Of a stretch of 64,000 nt of DNA, positions 45,901-60,714 are shown piece after piece. A program made the translations under genes and the position numbers. This DNA comes from Ministeria vibrans ATCC 50519 (Eukaryota > Protista > Filasterea): positions 52,717 through 116,716 of the forward strand of contig CALSCP010001168.1 of assembly GCA_943704425.1 (NCBI GenBank). The letters run 5' to 3'. Numbering within the stretch: position 1 is the first letter of the stretch; each line of letters starts with the position of its first letter. The notes under the pieces are model-generated. The model saw only the letters and a program-made list of their open reading frames with translations, ran no database searches and was not told the DNA's origin.

Positions 45901-47654
45901 CAAAGCCATAGATGTCGAGAACGCCGACAGCCAGCTCATCCTTGAGCTTGACCATAGCGTTGTTGATGGAGGTGACGAGGAAGTCAAATAAACGTGAGTA
46001 AAGGGCCTTGCAAAGGGCGTCACGCGTGAAGACGGCCTGCTCAACGTTGAGCGTCACCGTGGTAATGTCGACCTTGCCACCCCAGCGACTCTCCATGATG
46101 CGCGACGTGATCTTCTCGTTGAGCATGGCCGGATCGATCCCTAGCAGGTAGGCAGGAAACTCGAGAAACTGGGGATCGTGCACCTGAGCGTAGTTGCCCT
46201 CCTCGACAAAGTCAATGTTGGTCGCATGCATGATGCCCGCCACTAGCTTAAGCACCTCCCACTGCGCCTCTTGACTCAGCCCCACCACCCCCATTGCATG
46301 CCGCGTCGCCTTGTACTCTGCCACATCGTCAATGTCGTCCACCTGGTTAAACACACAGTTCATGTCAGAAACAACAACAACAACTACAACAACAACGACA
46401 ACAACAACAACTACAACAACAACAACTACAACAACTACAACTACAACAACTACAACTACAACTACAACAACTACAACTACAACTACAACTACAACAACAA
46501 CAACAACAACAACTACAACAACAAGAATACAAAAAAAAGTAAACATACTGAGTAGCAACCAGACTGGTTGAGAAGCGCAAAGTAGTCCGGTGTGGAAATG
46601 CCCAGGTTCTCGCGCTCTTGGGCTTCGGCGCCGCCACAGAGCTGGTAAAAGATGTGAAAGTTGCGCTCGTCGCGGTTCTGCTGAACAACGCGGCTCTTCT
46701 CAAGGAGAAAATTGCTGATGCGACCACCGTCGGGTTCGCCTCCGCGCGAGAACTGAATTTCAAAGTATTTGCCGAAACGCGATGAGTTGTTGTTGCGCAC
46801 TGTCTTGGCATTGCCAAAGGCCTCGAGCAGAGGATTCGACTCGAGAATGATGTCCTTGATGCGCTGCACACGCTGACCACCGCCCGACACCTTGGCCAAA
46901 TGGCTCATGATGAACTTGGCCGAGACTGTCTTGCCGGCACCCGACTCGCCCGAGATGATCACACACTGGTTGTCGCCTTCACTCAACATCTGTCGGAACA
47001 TGGTGTCGGCCACGGCAAAGATGTGCGGTGGGTTCTCAAAGGACGCCTGCGCAAACGGAGAAACGAAAAGCAGCATGCAGTGAGACAACGAGTCTTATCG
47101 TGTTCCGTTTTCCCACGTCCAGAGCCAGCAGGCCATGGAGACGACACACAAGACAAAAGAATGCGAAATACAAAACATTGATAGAATGATAAGACATGGA
47201 ACGTAGGGAAATAGGTTCAGATGAGGGACAAAAACGGTGTGTTGTGACGCGATGTGAAGGAGAAAAAAAAATGAAGCTCAAAGTAGGTGTTTGTGAGGAG
47301 TCTCAAGACTTACCGCTCCTTGGTACTGCTCGACTTCCTTGTCAGTGAAGTAGGGCAACTGCTTGAATGGGTTGCAGGCGACGAGGACTGGTCCGATGTA
47401 CGAGTAAATGAGATCGACCTCCAGTCTCTGCCGCAGACTGTCTACGATGGACCCATCGGCGATCTTGGGAAGCAGCGTAAGGTCTTCGAACCCTGCCGTC
47501 TTGCCCGTCTTCGCTTGCCAATGGAACGGAGGCTACAAAGTTCAACATCGAAAAAGAGAAAAAAAAAACATTTCTTGAGGTCGGACGAGACGAAGGCGTT
47601 AAGGCATGCGTGGGAAGAGAGCGGCAAGGGACAGCAAAGACGGCATACATACAT
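42928..47654 (-). CDS. MYO1E: Long-tailed class I myosin (myosin IE/F type: motor, IQ, TH1, Gly/Arg/Ala/Pro-rich TH2, SH3)
   Basis: PPFHWQ N-terminus, [51 protein letters not shown]3 [24 protein letters not shown]. Confidence 0.92.
46368..46523. repeat. (AAC/TAC)n trinucleotide repeat in a myosin intron
   Basis: Direct reading; it generates spurious poly-V, poly-T and poly-C ORFs. Confidence 0.95.
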
Positions 47655-47920
47655 AGCCTGTCGAGGGAGCAGCTTGCAGCAATGGAACAGACTAAACAAC
47701 GAAAGAGACAAACCCCAAAAATGTCATACCATTTCAATACGAGGACAGTGTGCACGATCAAATAAGCAGAGCGTCCGATCACCGATGCAAACAGGAACAA
47801 AGCCGTGCAGGAAGCAAATAAAAAGAGTAATTGAGTCGAAAGTTCGAAATTATTACGGAATAAATATTTTATAACTTGATCGAAATTTTTTTGGTTGTTT
47901 TCCGAAATACGATAATTGAG

Positions 47921-49067
47921 ATGGAGGCTCCTATGCAACGACAGTTCTCGCCGTACACTTCGAATGGAGGGTGAGTGCAAGTGGAGTTTTGGTGATCAAA
48001 AGGCTTTTCTCATTATCAAAATGTCTAGCACTGTTCTGGCGATGTGCGGCGACGATTTTGCCCTCCTTGCTTGCGACACGCGCTTGTCCGAGTCTTATGA
48101 GATCCTCTCGCGTGACTGTACCAAGATTTATCCTTTGTAAGTTGCACAAATTGCCCAAAGTCACAAAAATCGCGAATCTTTCTGTCGTTCGGTGCCCTCT
48201 CCCGCTCACCTCCGTCGTGTAGAACCTCAAATTCGCTTCTGGGCTGTTCCGGCTTTCACGGAGACACCCTTACGCTGACGAAAAACCTCGATATGCGACG
48301 ACAGGTACGTGGGGGCGTTTCAAAACGATAAAACATCGCGAAGGATCGGTTTTTTGAGTCTATTAGCTTTTTGTTGTGTCCCTCTTCTTCTTGTTCATTC
48401 CCCTGTCATATTGTGGCGTCATAGCGAGGAGTTTCTTGGGGAGAGGAGGGGCGGGGCGGTGCTTGTTTACGTTCAATATACTTTTTGTGTTCTGACAACG
48501 TTTGCACATTTGCACAGATGTATGAGCACCAACACTTGAAGTCCATGAGCACTCGCGCGATTGCACAGTGTCTATCAAACACCCTCTACTATCGACGCTT
48601 CTTTCCCTTCTACGTCAACTGCGTCCTGGTAGGACTCGACGAAGAAGGTACGAAAACCCAGGCTGTAAGCAAAGTTATAATAGTTTTTGTATTACGTAGG
48701 CAAGGGCGCCGTGTACAGTTACGATTCAGTTGGAAGTTACGAGCGTGAAACGTACCGTGCCGGTGGAACTGCAGCGTCGCTGCTGCAACCTCTGCTGGAC
48801 AATCAGGTAAACATTTTGCCGCATCCACTGACTTGACTTTGACATCTTAAATGTAATTATATTGGGGTTGCTATGTTGTAGTTGGGTTACAAGAACATTG
48901 CAAATGCAGAGAAGCCACCGCTGACACTGGAGCGAGCAGTCGGTATGGTCAAAGATGTCTTTATTGCGGCCGGCGAGCGCGACATCTACACCGGCGACCA
49001 GGTTGAAATTCAGATTGTGACTAAGGATGGTGTTCGCAAGGAACGCTGCGCCCTTCGTCGCGACTAA
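47921..49067 (+). CDS. PSMB1: 20S proteasome subunit beta type-1 (beta6)
   Basis: [59 protein letters not shown], ends LRRD. Confidence 0.97.
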
Positions 49068-49272
49068 ACCACAGACACACGCTTTCGCACACATACTTAT
49101 CTTTCGATTAACTTCTCACCCAACAACCAACCCGTACTAATACAGCGCTTTTGTTTTCGATTTTCTTTTGAATTTTTTTGTGTGTGTCGTGATGATGTGT
49201 ATGTATGTGCCTGTCACCCTTGCTATTTATCTTTCTATCTGTATCTGTGACAGTATATCTCTCTGTCTGATT

Positions 49273-51344
49273 TTATTGCGCATTTTGGGCACTCTTGGTG
49301 GGAATAGGCGCGCGGCGTACTTCGCTCGAACCCTGCGCAGCACCTGCATGGCGCCTGGGTGTCAAATGGGGCACGCCAGTGCCTCCTCCTCGTTTCCAAA
49401 TTTGTCCCTGTTGAGCTCCCGGCGATGATGATGANNNNNNTCGCTCGAACCCTGCGCAGCACCTGCATGGCGCCTGGGTGTCAAATGGGGCACGCCAGTG
49501 CCTCCTCCTCGTTTCCAAATTTGTCCCTGTTGAGCTCCCGGCGATGATGATGACGATGGCAGCGATTGATACTGTTGCTGCTGCTGATCGCGCAGGTGCG
49601 GGAGAGTCTTATGTCGTCGCGAGGCGGGACTACAGAATAAGCAAAACAAAATAATAACAATATTATCATGTGTAACTCCCTTCGTACCTGGCGAGAAGAG
49701 CGGAACCGCCACTCTTGTGGGTCCAATCGCTGGAGGTACGACTGCGACCCGCACCAGGTGACGGCCTCAAGACCAGACGCCCCTGTGTCATTGGCGTTCC
49801 CATCACGTGTGTGCCCTATAGTTAGTCTGTTTTTAATAATCACTTCGTTTTGATCAAATTCTTGAAACTTCATACGCCTCGAGTGGATGAATCTGTTCCA
49901 TACGTTGGCGTGCGAACAGGTGTCTTTGCAAGGCCACTAGTACCCGAGTGGACAGGACGCGAAGGGGTCTTCGGTGGGATCAGGGGCACGATGACAAGAC
50001 CCTCACCCTCAACAGTTGTGGTGGAGCCATTGATGGGACCGGTCATGTGGGGTGCAAACATGAACGGCTCGTTGCTGCTGCGGCCTTGTCCCGCCGCGAT
50101 ACGAGGACTCGCTCCTCTTCCACTAGCATAGTTTCCTTCCACTCCTGATCCTCCTCCGCCGCCTCCTGGTGATTGGGCTGCACGACGACTCGATGATGGC
50201 GCACCATGACCCGTCTCTCGCCGAAGCTGCGCAAGTTCGCTCTGCAGTCGTGCAATCTCACTGCGTGCATGCAGAGCCCACACATTTCAATACATTAGAA
50301 GAAGAGAAAAAGCAGTAGTGACAAAATTTTATAATAACAATACTAATAATAACAATAATAATGATAATAATAATAATAATAATAATTTATTATAAATAAT
50401 ATTAATATTATTATTATTATAATTATTAGTTTCGCCACGCTCGTGAAATACGTATACTGTTTATATATAATACCGATTAGCTACGTCTTTTGCTTCACGA
50501 TGTCGTTTGAGTTCTTCGCGTTGCTCTCTGTAGCTGGCGGAGAGCGCTGCAATCTTTTCACCCTGTTTTCGTTGAATCTAACACAGTTATAAATGTGATA
50601 TCGTTTAAGGTCAGCATTATATTATTATTATTATCAGCATTATATTATTATTATTATTATTATTATGATCCGTACGCGCTGCATGTGCGTTCCTTGATAC
50701 TGTGCAACTTGAGCTGCCTGTTTCACGACGCGCTGCACGGCGTCCATCGGGTTGGCGAAATACGCACGAACTTCTGGTTTGCTCTCCAACAGAGGTGCCG
50801 ACAGTTCAATGAAATTCGCCGAGGTGCCACATAGTGTGCATCTTGAACGAGACTTCTCGTTGGAGTCTAAGCAGAATGAGATAATTATAATTACTGGTGT
50901 GTTAGAGAAAGAACAGTACAAAAAAATGACAAGAAAAAAAAAAAAACGCAACGCGTCGCGAACAGGTCGCGAAACACCTTCTCTTGTAAATTAAGAAGAA
51001 AAAAACGTCAACGTCCTCCATTTTGACTGGGTATATATCTGTTAGAATGTTAGGGCTTGGTTTTAACAAAGCAAACCAAAAACGTCGATATGGCGCAAAA
51101 ATTCTCAGATATTCACTCTTTGTTCTCCGAAAGAAAACCAGCCGTTCTTGCTGCCTTCCATTGTGTCAATACACCCTCTGTACAGTAACCACGTTGGTGT
51201 ATTAGAGTCTACCGCCCACGTACCAAGGCACCCCTGGCAAAATACGTGTCCACAGTTGGAGAGGAGGAGAGGAAGATTTCGGTTTTTGTCACTGTCCACA
51301 ACACTGTAGCACCAATCGCAGGCTGGTGCAAACTGATACGCCAT
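49273..51344 (-). CDS. RNF212: RNF212/Zip3-family RING protein (meiotic crossover SUMO/ubiquitin E3 ligase-like)
   Basis: CDWC..LLLSNCGHVFCQGCL..CTLCG..IELSAP..KPEVRAYFANP..VAQYQ..H, then coiled coil and a Ser/Pro-rich tail. Last exon overlaps an N gap. Confidence 0.72.
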
Positions 51345-51449
51345 GACGGTGGTCTTGCTTGGCCAGACAACGTTGCGTGGCGGTGGAGATGAAGTGAGAA
51401 AAAAAAGTAATAATAATTTTTATTTAATTGTAATTTTTACAGGGTTGGT

Positions 51450-53650
51450 TCATTTTTTTGATCGTTTCTTCGCTTTGGCCAACGAAGGATCGGCAATTTC
51501 GTGAAGACGTTCCCGGGCGCGTTTTCGTTCGCCAAAATCACTCTCTTTCATTCTCTAAGAAAAACAAAAGAAAGATGAGAGAGAAAAAGGAGAAATTGAT
51601 TGAGCAAAGTTACAAGAATGGCTTCACTTCGCGCGGCAGAGACCGCTGTGAGATGCTTCAAGACACGCGTTTCGTTCAATTCCATGAGGTCCATCTTTTT
51701 GCCTGCACAGATTAACATGGGAGTAAGCATCCAGGGAGTATTTCGACAAAGGATGAGTACCGGTGCGCTCTTCAATGGCATGCACAAGGTCAACGTCATA
51801 TTGTGATACGAGGGTGATGGAGCGACCGCCACGCCCTACACGCGGGGAGAGGGAGTAAGAAAAAAGCGAGGAAGTAGACGTAGGTGTTAGTGCAGGTCCA
51901 ACCTGCTCTGGCTGTGCGGCCCACTCGGTGGATATAGTCAACGGGTGAGGCGGGCACATTGTAGTTGAGCACCAGCTCAACCGAAGGGATGTCAAGCCCA
52001 CTGCGCGTAACAGAATGTGTTTAGGTGGTACTGGATGGAAACAAGAAGATGAGAGCAACGTACCGACTAGCGACATCAGTGGCAATGAGCACTGTGCGCT
52101 GTCCCGCTCGGAATTGTGCCAAAGACGCCAAACGCTGTCGCTGTGGCAACTAAACGAGAGAGAGAAGCGTCAGTATGGTGAATGTGGACGAGAGAAAGAA
52201 AGAAAGAAAGAGAGAGACAGAGAAGGAAGAAACAAACAAAGTGAGAGAAAGGGAGTGTGAGTGAGTGAGTAAGTGAGTGAGTGAGTGAGAGAAAGAGAGG
52301 GAGAGAAGCGTGAGTGTCAATGAGACAATGAGACTGAAGAGAAAAGTGAGTGTGAATATGAGTGCATGTGAGTGAGTGGTGAAAACCATTTGAACAATGT
52401 TGTCATCTCACTTCGGAATGCAATGCAGTGCAATTAATATCAAGTTTTGCCAGAGTGCGCCAAATAGTCTCGCATTGTCTACAAAGCGGCAAGTTAAAAA
52501 ACAAAAAAAAATGTTGAGGCTGAGCAAGAGGGGGCTACCTGCACGAGCCGACAAAGACAATGGCAGAGGAGGGGGTATCTTCGCGCAGCAGGTAGGCCAG
52601 ATAGCAGTCGCGCACTTGCGCCGGCATAAACACGCACCGCTGGTCCAGCTCAGCAACTGTCCTTTCACTGTTGCGGTGTAGGTTAGCGTCACCTCTCACA
52701 CTTTGACGGCGCTTACTCGGATTCTGCTTCAAACACAAAGACGTTGTCGCGTGCAGACTGTTGCATGCGCACAATATCGGGCGTCATGGTGGCACTAAAC
52801 AGCAGCGTTTGTCGTGCGGGATTGCAAGCATCGAGAATGGTGCTCAAGTGCGGCGCAAACGACGCCTCGAACAGTCGGTCTGCTTCGTCAAGAACCTATT
52901 GTGTAGAACAAATGCATTCCTTTACGATGGCCTCGACGAACAATGAAAGCGTACCAGTGCACGGATGCGGCGAAGAGAAACACCCGCAGAGCTGTCGAGA
53001 TGAGCGGCAAGGCGACCTGGAGTGGCAATGACAACGTGCGGGTTGCGCGCGAGTTCAATTGCTTGCGCAGTCATGTCTGGAAGGGAGAGAAAAGACTGCA
53101 GTGAGCAGAAGGGAAAAGGGCCGTGTGTTGCCTCTTGTATCTACAGCGTACCAACACCGCCAATGACGACGCTCAACTTGAGACCAATGGGCTTGCCAAA
53201 GACGCGAAACTGGTCGGCGATCTGGATGGCGAGTTCACTGGAGGGGGTGAGAGACAATGCGTGAGGCTCGCTCGGGCGTTTTCGATCCGCGCGTGCCCTT
53301 ACCGGGTTGGTGTGAGGACAACGGCAAAGACCCCAAAGGGATCAACGGCGAGTTGCTTCAGAATGGGGAGGGCAAAGGCGGCTGTCTTGCCACTGCCGGT
53401 TTTTGCGCACGCGACACAGTCGCGCCCTGTGCAAAAAAAGGCAGCGTAGGTGTGAGTCGACGCACACAAGTGTTCTCGGCGCGTTCGCCAGTAGAAAGCG
53501 AGCGAACAAGGCGCGGGTACCTTCAAGAATGGGTGGGATGCAGGCTGTCTGGACGGGCGTTGGCGTTTTCAGCCCAACCGATGCACACTGTTGGGCCATT
53601 CCCGAGGTGATGCCCAGCGCCTGGAACGCAGAACCAGTTGAGGCGCTCAT
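51450..53650 (-). CDS. DDX49: DEAD-box RNA helicase Dbp8/DDX49
   Basis: [58 protein letters not shown]. Confidence 0.9.
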
Positions 53651-53838
53651 TGGGTCACCAAGAGAAGATGCTTAAGAATGTGAACGGCTGTGAGTGAGGC
53701 AATTGATGTCTGATGATTGATCGCTTCATTCCTTTCCTCGATTGCGATCGAATGTTCAATTGTTCACCTTTGCTTTATCAGTTTATCTCAAGTTGTTTGT
53801 CCTCTCTCCCACCAGCATACGAGCGTGAGAAAGCCACC

Positions 53839-55251
<1,413 letters not shown>

Positions 55252-55394
55252 ATTGAAAGAGTGCCTTGCGTGCATGTTGTACAGTATACAGCTCGAGGAA
55301 AAGTGCAGAAAATTAAGAAGAGAAAGAAGAAAACAACAAGCAGGCTGTATAGGTGCACAAGAAAGAGGAGAGAGAAAGATAGTAAGAAACGATG

Positions 55395-56229
55395 CTAGAA
55401 AGAAGTGGTGGTTGCGTGCAGTGGCTCGGCGGGAAGAGAAGTGTGATCCTTCTTTCTCGGGTGAGTCGGGACATCGGCGTCGATTGAGGCCGTGGACTCG
55501 GCAGTCGATGTCGTGTCTTCTTTACCAGGCGTGCTTCGAGGTGTTCCGGCGATGGCGACGGCAGGGATTGGCGGAGACACACCAGCAGGAGTCAGAACGC
55601 CATTGGCGTCAGTGTTTTGTCGAGGGGAATGGGCAGTGGAATCTTCAGCGACGAAAGACTCTAAAGTTGATGTTGCTACTGCTGTTGCTACTGCTGTTGC
55701 TACTGCTGTTGACGGAGGTGATGATGTTGGTGCAGTACTTGCAGCAACAGGGTCGGTCGGAGTGGGCGGGGATGGTTGGGGCGGGGATGTGGGAGAAAGA
55801 GGAGGAGATGATGGAGTAGAGGGGTTGTCAGCAGGGGCGGGAGTCGCATTGGCGACATTGGCAGTAGTGGTTGCTTCTGAGTTTTCCAGAGGCATAAGGC
55901 TCCAGGAATCCAGTACCGCCTCCTCAAAGGGAATGTCTTCCACCTCCCAATTAGCACTTGCGTCGGTCGCCAACTCCACAGCCGTGTCTTGTTGCGCGTT
56001 CGCGTCCTCAGTCGTGGTGGTGGCTGTTGCGGTTCTTGTGGTCGTGATCGCTTTTGTGGACACCGCAGCTTCGACTGGCACCGGCACTGTGACTGTAGGA
56101 GTGAGGGGTGTTGATGGAGTGTCAGGGAGCGCTGTCGACGATACGGCTGCGGGAGGACCAGCTTCACCTGACGCCTGTGGTGTCTGTGGCGGCGTATTTG
56201 CAGCCGGAGATGCCTCTGCTGTTGCTGTT

Positions 56230-56290
<61 letters not shown>

Positions 56291-58117
56291 GTGGTGGTGG
56301 TGGTGTTGCTTCACTCCCACGCCGTCCTGTAAATATACAGTCATTCAGTAAGACATGTGGTCACGTCCCCTCCTTCGCTTCTCACCTTTCGCGGCAGTTC
56401 GCTTCTTTTTCTTGGCGCCCCCTCCTCGAGTGTCCTACCAAACAAAGAGCAAAATGAGTCGCGAAAAAATAAACAAACAAAAAAAGGAGGCACCGTTGAG
56501 GAGCGGACTCGCTTGAGGGCACGAGCCTTGGTAGGGGCAGAAACTCTGGCATCGACGGGAGAGCTCGATGAGGCTGCTGCAGCAGTGGAAGGCATTGCGG
56601 GAGAGTTCGAGCGGGAGTGCATTTGCAGTTGCAGCTGCTGCATCTGACGGCGGTGCAGACTCCTCTGTGACTGCTGCTGTTGCTGTTGCAGCTGCTCAAA
56701 TTCGGCCATAGAAGCTCCAGCACCTCTATGGGCTACTCTCGATTCATAAATCTGGGCGACTTGCACAACAGCATCACGTGGTGCGACTGCGTTGGCAACG
56801 CTGTGTGTGAACACATCGCGCAGCATCAACATTACTTCAGCAATCTAGAGAGAAACAAGAGATAAATAGAACGCGAGGAAAGAAAAAGGAAAGTGAAAGA
56901 GATAGAAATATAGAGAGAAAGGAGGCAGAGAGAAAAAACAAGATAGAGAGAGAGAGGACAATAAAAAAAGCGTGAAGGAGAGAGAGACAGAGAGGGAACG
57001 GAAGGAGCAAAGTGTGAAAGAACAGTTGTCAGGTGAATCGATCTTTGCAACAAGAGAATGAAATGGATGGGAGTGCAATGTGGCGGCGGTGTAAAGTGTG
57101 GTAAGTGTGGGGTATGTTTTGTGTAATGTACCTCCAAGACTCGCAGTACAGCCGTGGGAAGTCCGTAACTGCCGACGGGAGAGGGCGGAAGAGCGAAGGC
57201 GTTCACATCCTGCAAGCCAGGTCAGTCTAGACACACGCTCACTTTTGATGTACTTACCTTGCTGCCAGAAGCGTTCTCGGAGTGTCCGTTCGTCTGATAT
57301 TCAAGCTGTGAGCGCGAGAGATACTCGCAATACTTCCTGCGATTCATCAAGTAGACAAGGGCGAATTCAAAGTTTCGTCACAATACACCCCTCAGACACA
57401 AAAATACGCATGCGTACACATAGCAACTTACATTGTGTAAAATTCCCACTTGAGAACCTTGAGCGCAGGCGTCATGGTCACACGTAAATGGCCCGTTGTC
57501 ATGACCTGCATGAAAATCAGTTCAATTGGGCCGTATTCCACAGTCAAATGCTCACCTCGATGCCGTTGTCGTACGAGTACATGTGCCCTGCCGACGGACA
57601 GTCCACGACAATGGTGCCGATGCTGGTACGAACCTCCCTAAGCAGCAGCGAAAGAGTTTTCCTCTCGTCTGTTTCCGTCCGCCCTTCCTACCTCGCCATG
57701 TCCAGCTGCGTTCGTAGTAACCGGGCCCCCGATAGAAAAATAGTGCGGTAATAGCGAGCAAGGGTCTGGCAGCCAAACTCTACAGACGGAGCGTGCGGTG
57801 GTCACGGTGTTATGCCCCAATCGCATCAGCGAAGGAGAAAATGCCAAAGCGTACCGAAAGCGCGGCGCTCGTGAACTCCCGAGTGCCACAGCGTCAGGCT
57901 CACGACTGCAGACGGGTCAAAGTGCTCTGCAATGATGTTCTCAAACCATTGGGGCTGCCGTTCGGGAACAACCTTTGGAGAATTTTTTTTTTCCATTTTT
58001 TTTGTCGGACATTAGAACGGTTTTGGCATAAGCAGCGATCCGTACCTTTGGATACTGAAACACAAGTTCTGTAAAGTACCGAACCGCGGCAGTAGCGCGC
58101 CCAAGGACGTCAGCCAT
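55395..58117 (-). CDS. LIM-domain-binding (LDB/Chip/SEUSS/Mfg1 family) transcriptional co-regulator
   Basis: Spliced WFENIIAEHFDPSA, TLARYYRTIFLSGA..LDMAREV..VDCPSA..YSYDNG, GHLRVTMTPALKVLKWEF, VGSYGLPTAVLRVLE|IAEVMLMLRDVF match the LIM_bind dimerisation domain; polyQ and Ser/Thr/Pro tail follow. Confidence 0.78.
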
Positions 58118-58445
58118 TTTGCAAAGGAGGAAAGTTAAATTATTACTATAATAATTTAATTTTTATGGTTTGATTAATTCATCCACAAAAGAGCTCACTT
58201 TAATACACGTTTACAAATTACAGCCTAAGACTTTGGAGTGTGGTCAGTCTGGTAACTGGTATGAGTGGTGTCTGGTGCCGTGGCGCCAGTGAATTGAGGA
58301 TTCATTGATTCAATAGATTTTTGCATTTTTAAGTTCATTAATCAGATCCACAGATCTTTGCATTCCATCACTTTTTTTTTCCTATTTTTTGCCCCCGAAT
58401 CCCGATATTATTTTTATATAATATACTATATATCAATCTTGAAAG

Positions 58446-59697
58446 ATGAAACCCGTAAGCATGATTGATACGATCATTGGCTAGTATTGCTATTAATCAC
58501 TGGTCCTTGGTCCAATATCGACCTTGGACACAAATTCCAAAAGAAGCCTAAACTCAAATTTTGAACTGTAGGAAATTCATGTGGATGTTGCGTTGCGCGA
58601 CGAATCGACGGCTGCCGTCGACGAGGTGCGCGACGCCGTCGTGGCGTACTTGCACAGCTCAGCACACCATCAGTTGTACGGAGACTGGGAGTGCAGTCTG
58701 TCGTTTGGCGTCGGAGAAGAATTTCTGCGCGAACACGTCGCAACCGTGCGCGTTTCCGACACAAGTAGGCTTTTTGCCAACATGGGCGTTAGCGATTCCA
58801 TTGATCTGCGCAACGCCACCCTCAAAGTGCACGTGTACCACTTGTACGACAGCCTTGGCGAAGGCGAAACTGGCGGCGGCAGTGGATCGTGGACCGCGGC
58901 GAGCGACACGATTGCGACGGACGGCGGAGACGACGCGGCGCCTCAGCTCGAGAATGGCGCACTCTTGTGTTGCCATCTACCTGCTCGCGAGCTGGAGCGC
59001 CAATGGGAATCGCTCTTCTTTGACGACGAAACGCTCAAAGGCTCACTGCTGCGGTATGTGCGTACTGCTCTGCTCTTCAGCGAGCGTCAAGTTGATGGAA
59101 CTCTTGTCTCGTGGAATCGAGTCGTGTTGCTCCATGGACCGCCGGGCACTGGGAAAACCAGCTTGTGCAAGGTGTGCTACCGTGGTTTGATTGATTATAT
59201 TTACGAGTAACTTCCAAGTTGCCACACGTCGGTGTTTTTTTTTTTTTTTTTTTTTTTTTTTNNNNNNNNNNAAGAGACTGGTCGTGATGATTTTTTTGTT
59301 TTCTCCTGCTCTCAGGCTCTCGCGCACAAAATGGCGATTCAGCTTGGCGATGTGTACGGCGAGGGACACATTCTCGAAATCAATGCGCACTCGTTGTTCT
59401 CCAAGTGGTTTTCCGAGTCGGGAAAGCTCGTCATGGAGTTGTTCAAACGCATTCAATCCCTTGCTGAAAATCCAAAGGTATTGTTGCAGAGAAATTCGGC
59501 GCGGAGTATTAATTTGAAACCTTCCCGCATTAAATAGATATTGGTGTGTGTGCTGATTGATGAAGTGGAGTCCCTTTCAGCGAGTCGCAAGGCAGCGGCG
59601 GCGGGAGCCGAGCCATCGGACGCAGTGCGCGTCGTCAATGCTCTTCTCACTCAGCTCGATCAAGTAATAGAATAATAATAATAATAATAATTATTAC

Positions 59698-59728
<31 letters not shown>

Positions 59729-60533
59729 ATTTTTTATATTATTAGTATTATTATTATAACTAATGGGTTGCATTCTTCTTCAATGGGTTGTATTCGAATT
59801 GTTATTATTATTATTATTATTGTTAATTATTTATCTACTACTATTATACATCATCATAATTATGACGTACATGCGTAGTTGAAACGGTTTGCCAATGTCC
59901 TGGTTTTGGCAACGTCCAATGTGACCGAGGCACTTGATGTGGTAAAAAACAGGAATTTTATTATAATAAGAATACTCTAAATTAAATAATAACAATAATA
60001 ATCACTATTATTATATGTGACTGTATCATTAATGGGTTGTATTCTTCTTCTTATGTTTATCGTAGGCTTTTCTTGATCGTGCCGACATTAAGCAGTACGT
60101 GGGACCACCCTCACAAGCTGGCATTTATGAGATTCTGCGCCACAGTACAGCAGAGCTAATGCGTACTGGCATTGTTCAGCCTCACATTGAGCTTTATGAT
60201 CTGGTAAACATAATAATTAGATAGAATGCGTCTGTTTACTATGGCATAGAAACTCTTTGCGCAATTGAGCTTTCATGCAATGGAGGTGGTGCCCAGCCAA
60301 CGACTCTATGAGATTGCAGGCAGCGCCAAGGTCTGATCAACAGCGAGAGATATGAGAGGAGTGACGTTCTTATTCGCTGCGCGCAGGGGCTGAGTGGGCG
60401 GCAAATGAAGAAATTACCGTTCCTTGCACATGCTCTCTTTCTTGAGAGCGATTGCGTTTCTGTGAGCGAGTTCTTTGATGCGTTGCAAAGTGCTATTGCA
60501 AAACAGCTCGAGGACACATCGCGTCTCACCTAA
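58446..60533 (+). CDS. TRIP13: AAA+ ATPase PCH2/TRIP13 (HORMA-domain remodeller)
   Basis: [95 protein letters not shown]. Confidence 0.97.
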
Positions 60534-60543
60534 CATTTGTGCT

Positions 60544-60604
<61 letters not shown>

Positions 60605-60714
60605 AATGTGTGTGTGTGTAGTGTAGTGTGCTTACTTCAAACTGCACTGTTGATGAAAATAAAAAAGAAAGAATGGTGTACTCGGGGGGAGAACTCGGGG
60701 ATCCCTTTGGGAAG

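Noticed and set aside
45602-46880. Poly-V, poly-C/S and poly-T ORF segments in the myosin gene
   Set aside because: Intronic AAC/TAC repeat; myosin motor exons splice around it.
49322-49552. Exact ~112-bp direct repeat in the last exon of the RNF212-like gene
   Set aside because: The two copies flank an N run (~49435-49440), typical of unmerged contig overlap in scaffolding rather than a real duplication or LTR.
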